A DNA stretch of 64,000 nt from a virus, in the IMG/VR virus record IMGVR_UViG_3300020463_001984, positions 12,017 through 76,016 of that record. One strand, given 5' to 3'. The notes beneath the pieces are model-generated. The model saw only the letters and a list, made by a program, of their open reading frames with translations, was not told where the DNA came from and ran no database searches. Each line of letters opens with the position of its first letter. Positions within the stretch are counted from its first letter, which is position 1. The position numbers were made by a program, and so were the translations under genes. Shown here in pieces: positions 30,397 to 40,600 of the stretch.

Positions 30397-31276
30397 ACTT
30401 TTCGTTTTTGGTTGTAGTTTTACAATGTATGCGTGGCCAACGTATGCAGACTTCTTAGGATATGAATTTGATCAGTTTGAGAACTGGGGATTTCCTGGTT
30501 TAGGTAATCGTGCTATTGCTGAACGTGTAGCCGAGTGTCATATAAAAAATAATTTTACAAAAGACGATACAGTTATTGTACAATGGAGTACACATATAAG
30601 AAATGACTGGCATACTTTTAAAAGAAGTAATTTACAACGTGGTGATGCAATTAGAAATACAGAAGATATAGGTTGGAAAACTAAAGGAAGTATTTTTAAT
30701 TATTTAAACAGAGAAAAATGCTATGATGATAGTTGGATTGATACGTTCTGGGACGAACACAGTTACTTCATGCATGGACAAAATAATATTATATTAACAC
30801 AAGGATTATTAGAAAGTACAAACTGCACTTATAGAATGTTAAGCATAGGTGATATGGAAAAACTAGGAACTGATATGCCAGACTTTCCTGGGTTTGGAGA
30901 AAGTACTCAAGAAGAAACAAATGTGTATAAACAAAAACAAGAATTAGAGATTTATAAAAACATAGATAAGACTAACTGGTTAGAACCATTAGGACTATTT
31001 GCATGGAAACATAAGCACAGTCAATACAAATTTTATGACCCAAAGACTAACAAAGACTGGGTAGAAATGCATCCTAGTCATTGGCAACATTACAAATATA
31101 TGAATGAAATTATCCGTCCAAGTTTGGGTCTTAATCACGAAAATAACGATAAACAAGTTAGTACACTGAATACTTTGAATAAACTAAAAGATGAAAATAA
31201 AGACCTTTTAAGTTTTGAAAAAGCAATTTTAGAAAATGTAATAGATTATAAGCATATAGGATATATAGGATTTTAA
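30377..31276 (+). CDS. SGNH/GDSL-like hydrolase or acyltransferase
   Basis: FGCSFT block I, N.G.PG.GN block II, VQWS..R, C-terminal HPS..H. Confidence 0.55.
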   Translation: MTKRKSRLFVFGCSFTMYAWPTYADFLGYEFDQFENWGFPGLGNRAIAERVAECHIKNNFTKDDTVIVQWSTHIRNDWHTFKRSNLQRGDAIRNTEDIGWKTKGSIFNYLNREKCYDDSWIDTFWDEHSYFMHGQNNIILTQGLLESTNCTYRMLSIGDMEKLGTDMPDFPGFGESTQEETNVYKQKQELEIYKNIDKTNWLEPLGLFAWKHKHSQYKFYDPKTNKDWVEMHPSHWQHYKYMNEIIRPSLGLNHENNDKQVSTLNTLNKLKDENKDLLSFEKAILENVIDYKHIGYIGF

Positions 31277-31277
31277 T

Positions 31278-33092
31278 ATGAAAAAACCAAGTCAATGGAT
31301 AGCCGCAATAGCCAGAGGACACAATGCAGGTGTATGTTTACTTAAAGATGGTAAGGTAGTATTTTCTATAGAAGAAGAAAGATTAAGTCGTCACAAGTAC
31401 GATGGTGGTCCGTATGCTTCAATGATGAAAATATTAGACTATACAGATAAATTAGATTATCTTGTTGTTGCACATACACAAAGTTTAGAAGCAACAGCAG
31501 GCAAAGTAGACTTTACAGGCGATGACGTTTATACAGGACTTGCTCGTAAGATGGGATTGATTGATCGTAATCCTAAACTATTACCTAATCATCCGCAAGT
31601 AGTTGACCTAAGTTATTTCCATCATAAGTTACACGCGGCCTTAAGTTTTTACAATAGTGGATTTGAAGATGCTGTTGCAGTTATTGTTGACGGTGCAGGT
31701 ACTTTTTTTAGTGCAAACATGAATGGTGATCCTAATCAAAATACAACACTATGGGAAACAGAAACAATTTTTGATTGTGAAATGCCTGTAGGATTTAAAA
31801 CATTATATAAGCATTTAGGAACAACAGGTCCTCTATTAGGAGCAGAATATCAAAACTTTAGCGGAGAATTTTTTGCTGAAAAAGATAATGTGCCAGAAAT
31901 TGTAATCAGTGAAACAGCAGGAATTGTAAAAACATATGAAGCAGTAACAGACTATTGCGGGTTTAGTTTTATTGAAGCAGGTAAGACTATGGGATTATTT
32001 CCTTACGGTGAACAACCTAAAGAAGTTCCATCACTGTTTACCAAAGGACAAACACATCCATTAAGTGATAGAAATGTAATAGTACCAACTTATCCAAATG
32101 GTGCTCTTGTAAACAGAAATTATTTTCACTTTTTAAGAGATAAACAAGATCAAGATGAAGACGTAACAAAATTAAAAAACAGAAGAGATATGGCTTATGC
32201 TGTACAAACTCAAACACAAGAACAAGTTGCTAACTTAATTAGAAAAGCAGTTGCAATGAGTGGAAAGAAAAATGTAGTATTAAGTGGAGGCTATGGATTA
32301 AACTGTGTAGCAAATTATTACTACCTAGAAGAATTAAAAAAAGAAGGAATCAACCTATATGTTGAACCAGTAAGTAATGATGCAGGTACGGCTATGGGTG
32401 CGGCACTATTACATTATAGAACTATATCAAGGGACAGAACTATTAATGAACAAGTAGATACGTTATACAACGGTCCAACATATACATATGATGATACACA
32501 AATAAAAGAACTTGCGGAAAAATACGAAGCAAAAATAGATGAAGAAATAGAAAATGATTCTATTGTAGAATTATTAGCAAATAAAAATATTGTTGCTATA
32601 TTTCAAGGAGGAAGTGAAAACGGACCACGTGCATTAGGCAACAGAAGTTTACTATTTGATCCTTCATTTAAAGACGGAAAAGATTATGTTAATAAAGTAA
32701 AACGTAGAGAATATTTTAGACCATTTGCAGGTAGTATTTTAGAAGAAGATGTACATGAATGGTTTGATTTACGTGGCATGGAATCATCACCAACTATGAT
32801 GTATGCAGTAAATTGCCAAGAAGGAATAGCAGAAAAAATTCCTAGCATTATACACGTTGACGGAACTTGTAGAATACAAACTGTTAATGAAAAGCAAAAC
32901 AAAAATTACTACAATTTAATTAAAGAATTTAAGAAAAAAACCGGTACTCCAATAGTATTCAATACTTCCTTTAATTTAGGTGGAGATCCACTGGTTGAAA
33001 CATTGGAAGATGCACTACATACCCTAGCAAAAAGCGACATAGAGTACCTATATTTGCCCGAATATAAGGTATTGTTTACAGTTTCTAACTAG
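31278..33092 (+). CDS. O-carbamoyltransferase (NodU/CmcH/TobZ family)
   Basis: HNAG..L..G...EEERLSR.K, HHKLHA, DGAG, GKTMGL..YG, SGGYGLNCVAN, DAGTAMGAA, GPRALGNRS, RPFA, HVDGTCRIQTV, NTSFN. Confidence 0.92.
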   Translation: MKKPSQWIAAIARGHNAGVCLLKDGKVVFSIEEERLSRHKYDGGPYASMMKILDYTDKLDYLVVAHTQSLEATAGKVDFTGDDVYTGLARKMGLIDRNPKLLPNHPQVVDLSYFHHKLHAALSFYNSGFEDAVAVIVDGAGTFFSANMNGDPNQNTTLWETETIFDCEMPVGFKTLYKHLGTTGPLLGAEYQNFSGEFFAEKDNVPEIVISETAGIVKTYEAVTDYCGFSFIEAGKTMGLFPYGEQPKEVPSLFTKGQTHPLSDRNVIVPTYPNGALVNRNYFHFLRDKQDQDEDVTKLKNRRDMAYAVQTQTQEQVANLIRKAVAMSGKKNVVLSGGYGLNCVANYYYLEELKKEGINLYVEPVSNDAGTAMGAALLHYRTISRDRTINEQVDTLYNGPTYTYDDTQIKELAEKYEAKIDEEIENDSIVELLANKNIVAIFQGGSENGPRALGNRSLLFDPSFKDGKDYVNKVKRREYFRPFAGSILEEDVHEWFDLRGMESSPTMMYAVNCQEGIAEKIPSIIHVDGTCRIQTVNEKQNKNYYNLIKEFKKKTGTPIVFNTSFNLGGDPLVETLEDALHTLAKSDIEYLYLPEYKVLFTVSN

Positions 33093-33103
33093 ACAGCCTT
33101 TCC

Positions 33104-33111
33104 GATAAATA
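33104..33111 (+). promoter_or_regulatory. Putative late promoter GATAAATA
   Basis: Intergenic TAAATA core; a second copy at 33561-33568. Confidence 0.6.
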
Positions 33112-33130
33112 CATATATAAAGGGGTATAA

Positions 33131-33550
33131 ATGTTTAGTTTAGACAAGTTTTTTGGCAAGGGCACTAAAGGTACAGTTTTACTTAAAAATGGTACAAATT
33201 TTAGTTATCATGGCCCATGGAAAAAAGTTACACAAAACACTGAAGTAGATAGATTCTTAGTTAATGATTTCTGTGCCGCAGAGTACACAATAGTCATTGA
33301 TTTATCGTCAACTGCTAAAGAAATAATTAAGGCACTTGTTGTAGCAGGACCTAATGATGCAAATGTAACTATATATGGTAGATCAAACCTTAATCAAGAC
33401 CTACTGACGTTGACTGCAACTGTAAGTGATTCAACAGTAACACTAATTGCTAACGCACATACATCAGCAGATAGTTCAGAACTACGTGGATCTAAGATTA
33501 TATTTTCAGCAAATTACTATCAAAACCAAAATATACCAGTAGCAGGGTGA
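33131..33550 (+). CDS. Hypothetical (probably structural) beta-rich protein
   Basis: ORF with its own late promoter and typical codon usage. Confidence 0.55.
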   Translation: MFSLDKFFGKGTKGTVLLKNGTNFSYHGPWKKVTQNTEVDRFLVNDFCAAEYTIVIDLSSTAKEIIKALVVAGPNDANVTIYGRSNLNQDLLTLTATVSDSTVTLIANAHTSADSSELRGSKIIFSANYYQNQNIPVAG

Positions 33551-33591
33551 AACAGATTCAGATAAATATGAATAGTTGGAGATAAAATAAC

Positions 33592-34632
33592 ATGGCAGTC
33601 ACATATAATCCATTTGAATCTGATGCAGGCTTTAAAAGTCCTGGATTCTCTGTAGATACTCAAGGTAATGTTACTTTAAGAAGTGTAACATATACTCTTG
33701 CACAAGAAGAAGCGGCAGTAGATAATCAGTTTGTTGTACGCCAATTAGGTGCTGTTCCTTCAGCAGAATTTACCTTTGATGAACAATATGTTTCAGGTAC
33801 ACAGATACTACAAAATAATCCAACTATAACATTGACTAGAGGAACTACATATTCATTTAAATTAATGACTTTGCCTCAATTAACTTTTTCAATATTTGAA
33901 GCAAGTGAAGATAATCCAGTTGTAAACTTAACTGGTATAGGAAACTGTCGTTACTACAATACAGGTTTATCACATTTAACAGCAGGAACTCCAGGTACAA
34001 CAACTACTGGAGAACAAGCACAAGGTAAAAACAATGATGTAACAACACTTAATTTAAGTCCAACTGCTCCTGCTACTTTATATTATGGAAACGCAGACGG
34101 TAGTGTGTTTGGTACAATTACAACAGTTGATCCAACTATAACTGGTGTAGGTAGTTTCAGTAGTTTGCTTGTAACAGGTGATGTTACAATGCAAGGACAA
34201 GATGCAGATTTAGTATTTTCACCACAGGGTGCATATGGTACAGTTACCATAAATCCAGCAGGTGAAGGTACAATGAGCAACATGAATGTTAACGCATTGA
34301 CTATGACTGCAAGTGAAAATGTTACATTTAATGGTGCAAATGCAAATTTATCTTTAACTCCAACAGGCACTGGTGCAATTACTTTAACAAGTGCGGCAGT
34401 AGGTACAATAAACAATATGACCATAGGACAAACTACTCCTAAAGACGGATCATTTGTAAACTTAAATGCCAGTTCTGGGTTAAATAACACTGTAATTGGA
34501 GATGTGACACCTAAGGATGCTACGTTTACATCAGCAGTTTCACAAGCAACTCCAACCACGGATTTGCAAGTAACTAACAAGAAGTACGTCGACAGTAAAG
34601 CAACCGCACTAGCGATTGCACTAGGAGTATAA
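33592..34632 (+). CDS. Fibre connector protein ending in KKYVD..A.ALAIALG
   Basis: Degenerate cupredoxin-like module (NPTITLTRGTTYSF...APATLYY), IG.TTP..G.F repeats, TNKKYVD fibre motif. Confidence 0.65.
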   Translation: MAVTYNPFESDAGFKSPGFSVDTQGNVTLRSVTYTLAQEEAAVDNQFVVRQLGAVPSAEFTFDEQYVSGTQILQNNPTITLTRGTTYSFKLMTLPQLTFSIFEASEDNPVVNLTGIGNCRYYNTGLSHLTAGTPGTTTTGEQAQGKNNDVTTLNLSPTAPATLYYGNADGSVFGTITTVDPTITGVGSFSSLLVTGDVTMQGQDADLVFSPQGAYGTVTINPAGEGTMSNMNVNALTMTASENVTFNGANANLSLTPTGTGAITLTSAAVGTINNMTIGQTTPKDGSFVNLNASSGLNNTVIGDVTPKDATFTSAVSQATPTTDLQVTNKKYVDSKATALAIALGV

Positions 34633-34638
34633 AAGTAA

Positions 34639-37600
34639 ATGGCAAAGCAAAAGCAAAATGAATATGTATTCCAGACTGGTATTCCTTTCTCTGAAAGTAG
34701 ACGTCCTAATGCTTATTGGTTAGTACAAAATAATGTAGAATTTATTAAGGACGAAGTTCGTGCTTATATCAATAATAACATTACTAGACAAGCAACACAA
34801 AGTCAGTTTACTCCAACAAATGCAACATACGATCCAACAACAGGATTGATGGTTGTTACTGTAGGTACACATAACTTATTACCAGGTGACCAAGTAATTT
34901 TTGCAACAGGGGCAATAACATTTACAACTGCTCAAGATGGAGGTGCAACTCAGTATGCGTATCCAAGAGCAACAGGAGCCGGCACAACAACAGGCTGGGA
35001 TCCATGGTATAATAAGCCAGTTGTAATTACAGCAATAAGTTCTGATTCAATAACTTGCAAAGTAGGAAAGACTGTAAACCAAACTGCACATACATACGTA
35101 AGTGCAACTGCATTGAGTATATCAAACGCATTTAGAAATTACACAAATGATAGTGATGCAAAATGTGAAAGAGATATGGGTTACAACCTTATTGGTGGAG
35201 ATACAAATAATCCTGTACAAGATCAGCCAGGCGGACTTTTATATGATTTAAGATATAATGGTAATGAGCAAGGAAGATATCTTGCTTCGACATATTGGGA
35301 TGGAACAATTCCACAGATTGATGGCGATAGAAATCCAGAAAGAGCGGCAAAACAATTTGCTACTTGGTTAATCCAAACTCACATTTTTGGTAATACTGCA
35401 TATACTACAAAACAAAGTCCAGTAGTTACATCACAAACTATTAATGCTGAATACGTTGCTGAAACAGATGCAGGTACAGTAGTAGAAAATATTTTAGATA
35501 ACGTTATTGGTGAGGTAATTTATTATGGTTTAGATAATATGCCTGCACTATCTAACGCACAGGTTTCAAGTGTAAGATTTCCAACAAAAGTTACATTAGA
35601 TAATGTATTATTAATTACAAATACATCAACTAACGAAGTTTTGTTTAACTTTAGTGATCCAACAGCAGGAGGTAGCACAGCATACGTTACTAAATCTGTT
35701 GAGTTTACACCTTCATTTAGTTACTTTAACAAATTTTTAGAAAACACAGATACCATTACAACTGTTTACTTTGACAAGTCTACAGAAAATAAAACTTATG
35801 TACAAAATGCTAGAACATTAATTACTAATAACAAAGAATTTATTAAAGATGAAGCAGTTGCTTGGGTGCTAGATAAAGTTAACACAGCAACAGGCGGATC
35901 AACATTTGATGGTTACACATATACTGGTGCATTAATTGAAAGAGATACTGCAACAGAAATAGATGGCTTCCTTCATGATATGCAATATGGTGGAAATGAA
36001 AAAACTAGATTACAAGCAAGTAAGTTTTGGGATGGTCCTACTCCATTAATTACAGGAACTAGGATACCTGAAAAAGAATTAAAAGAATTTGTAAGAGACT
36101 TAATTAATAATTATATCTTAACTAAATCTGCTTACACAACAAAACAAAGTCCTAGTGTTACTACACAAACATTTAATGGTGCAAATGCAGAGTTAGGTGC
36201 ATCAGATAGAATAACAGAACTTACAACAATTATTACAACAGTAATTGCCGGCGGATTGTCGACATTACCTATATTAGATAAACCTATTATTAATTCCTTA
36301 ACTGATAAAATACAAATTTTTGTTGATCAAGGTGATTTAAAAACTAGACCATATGACTTTGGTACAGATGCAATTGAGAGACAAAGAGTTGCTAACTCTT
36401 TATCAATGCTTGATGCTGACTTTGAATACGGCCTACAGCCTACGAAGTGGCAAGCCATTGGAACACAAAGAGGTTATCCTAGTATTTACGAAGTACCTGG
36501 TACTGATACGCAAGTTACATCAGTTGCCACTGATGCTTCAACAGGAACAAGTGGTGTTGGTCAAAGTTTAATTACAGTTACAACAGCATCAGCACACGGG
36601 TTTGAACCAGGCGTTCCTATTACAATTAAAGCATTGGCAAATAGTATTGCAGGGGCAAGTAGAGCAGAAGGATCATTTATCGTTAACACAGTTCCTACTA
36701 ACTTTACATTTACATATTTTGCAAAAGCAAAAGTTGGTACTGTCAACGGACAAATACTTTCAACTTTTTATACACAATTAAGAAAAGGTGGATTTTACAC
36801 TGGTGCATCAATTGGCGGACAAAATGTTGCATTTAGTATTATTTCACAGGGTGCAAGTGGATCATTTATTGCAACACTAGGTATTCCAAGCGGATCAGAT
36901 CAAATAGCATACACAGGAACAGCACCAGAGATTGGTGCTCCATTAGTTGCAGTAGGCGGAGGTATTCCTTTAGGTTCTCAGGTTACAGGTACAGAAGGTA
37001 CAGGTGGCATTGTTACAACTCCAGTTACAACTTCGGACGTTTCATCAGGATCAAATACAATTACAGTACAAAATGTTTCAGGTATTGTTAATGGTTTAGG
37101 TTTGAATAGAGGTGACGGTTATGCAACTTTCGTAACTAACGTTGTTGGTAATACAGTTACTTTATCAGATGCACTTACGGCTGATTTTGTTGGTAACACA
37201 GTTCAATATACAGGATTAGCAGGAAGTAATGATTCCTCAATTGGTAATGGTGCAACGTTTGATGTTAGTAGATCAGGTGGAACATATTCAGTAACACTTA
37301 ACGCACCAGGACAAGATTATAGACTAGGTGATAACATTGTTATCAGTGGACAATTAGTAGGTGGTTCAGACACAACAAACGATTTAAGACTTGTAGTTAC
37401 ATCAGTTGACACAGGTGGTGAATTACAAACATTTGATGACACTGGTAGTGCATTTGACGGTAATGGAACATTTTCAAATTTACCAGGTGAACTACAAGGT
37501 TCAATTGGTACAGGCGGTAACTTTGATATTGTATATACAAACAATGTTTACTCAGTATCAATGGCATCTCCAGATACATCAAGCGGTTATGTAGAAGGTG

Positions 37601-40600
37601 ATGTAATTAAAGTTGATGGTTTTGACATAGGTGGACAATCAGTAACTAATGATTTATTCATGAAAGTTACAAATACTGGTACTGGTGGTTCTATTACTTC
37701 TGTATCAGCAACTGGTACTGCTCCAGATGCCAGTGTAAACTATGCAAGTGTAACTTACACTACAAATACAGCGGCTGGTGTTGGTGCAGACTTTAATGTT
37801 GAAAGAGTTGGTACAGGTGCAAACGTTTCAGTAGCATCAGGTGGAACAGGATATCTAGCAGGAGAAACATTTACAGTACTAGGTTCGCAAGTAGGCGGTG
37901 TTGACGGAGTAAACAATTTAACGATTACAGTAGCAACCATTGATGTAAACGGAACAATTTTAACTGTTACTGATGCAGGTACAATGGTTAACACTAAAAC
38001 TATTCCAAACTGGACATCAGTTACAAACATTGTTGGTAATGGTGCAAAATTTACAATAAGTTTGGCTTCACAAACTTACACATTAGACCAAATTGATGTT
38101 GCTGGTCAAAGTTATGGCGTAGATCAAACAATTATTATTAGAGGTACAGACTTGGGTGGTGCAACTCCGGCCAATGATTTAACACTTACAATTACAGGTG
38201 TTGGATCAAGTGGCGAAGTTACAACTGCAAACATAGTAGGTACTGGTGCCGCAGGTACAGGAAGTTACACTGGTGTAAATGGAACCAATGATGCTAACAG
38301 TGGTTCAAATGCAGTATTTAATATTACACGTTCAGGCGGAACATACAGTATTGTAACTGCAACCGATAATGGTAGTGGATACAAAAAAGGTGACAGGATT
38401 GTAATTCCTGGTAACCAATTAGGTGGAGCGACTCCTACCAATGATTTAACTTTACGTTGTGACATTAATTCAACGGAAGGTGACTTTTTAAATATTCAAA
38501 TAAGTGGAACAGCAGTTCCTGGAAATACTGCGGCTTTATATAGTTCAGTAACAATGTCAGAAGCGGCAACACAAAATATTTCACCAACTACAAGCATTAC
38601 CTACAGTGCATTGGCAACTGTACAATGTGATTTTGAAACTGCACACGGACTTGTTCCAGGTAACACTTTCTTAATTACTGTAGAATCAGATGATGCTAGT
38701 AATAACCATAATTTGTGTGCAGGTCCATTTAATGCAACAGCAGTTCCAACAACAAAAAGATTACAGTATCAGTGTAGAGCACCAGGTGCCATTAATACTG
38801 GTACTAACAATGATGATCCTATACAAGGATTCATTTATCCAAGACCAGATTCATTCTTTGTACACAGACCATATGATGGGGGTGTTCAATTAGGAACAGG
38901 TGGCCCACAACACGGTGCACAGGCAATACGTCAATCTAAAAAATATATTAGATACCAATCAGGTAAGGGTATTATGTACACAACTGGTGCCTTATTTGCT
39001 CCAAGTTATGACTTATTACAAGTGACTGCAAATGGAACAAGCATTGGTTCAACAATTACTTGTACTACAGATGATACAGATCATGGATTACAAGTTGGTG
39101 GTGGTATTAGATTAATAGGAATTAATACTGTTGGTTTCAATGGCGACTATGTTGTATCAGACATTAACAGCGAAAGAGAATTTGAAGTATTGGCCATAAA
39201 TGCATTAGGATCAACTACTCCAGAATTAAGTGCAAAAGCACAGGTTTCAGTAAAAACATTCCATGGTGCAACTGTACGTTCAGGATGTTTTGATGACCAA
39301 AATGGTATTTTCTTTGAATACGATGGTACACAATTTAGTGCTGTTCAAAGAACTGCAACATTACAGTTAGCAGGTGTTGTTGATATTGCTGTTGATACAA
39401 ACACTGTAACTGGTACAGGTACAAGATTTAGAGAACAATTAAAAGCAGGTGACAGAATTGTTATCAAAGGTATGACACACGTTGTTAGTGATGTAATTAG
39501 TAATACTCAAATGTCAGTTGCTCCTGACTTTAGAGGTGTAACAAATGTTCTTTCAAGTAAATTATGTTTAGTACAAGATAAGAAAACAGAACAAAAAGAC
39601 TTTAACCGTGATAGAATGGACGGTACAGGACCAAGTGGATACAACATTGACATCAGTAAGATGCAGATGGTAGGTATCCAGTACAGTTGGTATGGTGCTG
39701 GATTTATTGATTATATGCTCAGAGGAGCAGATGGTAACTTTGTGTTTGGTCACAGAATGAGAAACTCAAACATTAACACAGAAGCATTTATGAGAACTGG
39801 TAATATGCCGGTTAGATATGAGGTAACCAATGAAGGACCTGTTGGTAAGTTAAGTGCAAACGTAACTGACACAGCAACAACGTTACCGTTAGAAGACGCT
39901 TCTTTCTTCCCACCAGAAGGCGGAATAGTTTACATCGATAATGAGATGATTCAATTTACAGGTGTTGACGGTAAAAACTTAACAGGTTGTACACGTGGTG
40001 CACAAATGACAAACTTTGCCTCAGGTGCAACAAGAACATATTCGGCAGGTACGGCAGAAACGCATACTAGAAATACAGGAGTACCATTAATTAGTAACAC
40101 AATTAGTCCTATTATATCACACTGGGGATCTGCTTATATTACAGACGGTGGATTTGACTTTGATAGAGGATATTTGTTTAGTTACAAAGCGACTGGTACA
40201 AGTATTAGTACAACAAGATATACTTCTTTCTTAATAAGACTAGCACCTAGTGTATCAAATGCTATTGTTGGTGACTTAGGTGAAAGAGAATTGTTAAACA
40301 GAGCACAGTTATTACTAGATGGACTAGAGGTTACATCAGAACCAAACGCCTCAGGACAAAAAGGTGGAATTGTTATTGAAGGTGTGCTTAACCCACAGAA
40401 CTATCCAGTTAATCCAAATGACATTGGTTGGGAAGGTATATCAGGACTAGCGTCAGGAGGACAACCAAGTTTTGCTCAGATCGCCGCGGGTGGATCTGTT
40501 AACTGGAACGGTGGTGCTACACAGACTACTGCATCAGCAGTAGTACAAGCAGACATAGATAGTGGATTTAACTACACTAGAACATCACAGTATAATGATA

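Noticed and set aside
394-39753. Many 60-165 aa minus-strand and alternate-frame ORFs inside the fibre genes
   Set aside because: They are antisense or frame shadows of long, strongly codon-biased genes, with Val/Pro/Ser-rich mirror composition and no SD, promoter or motifs.
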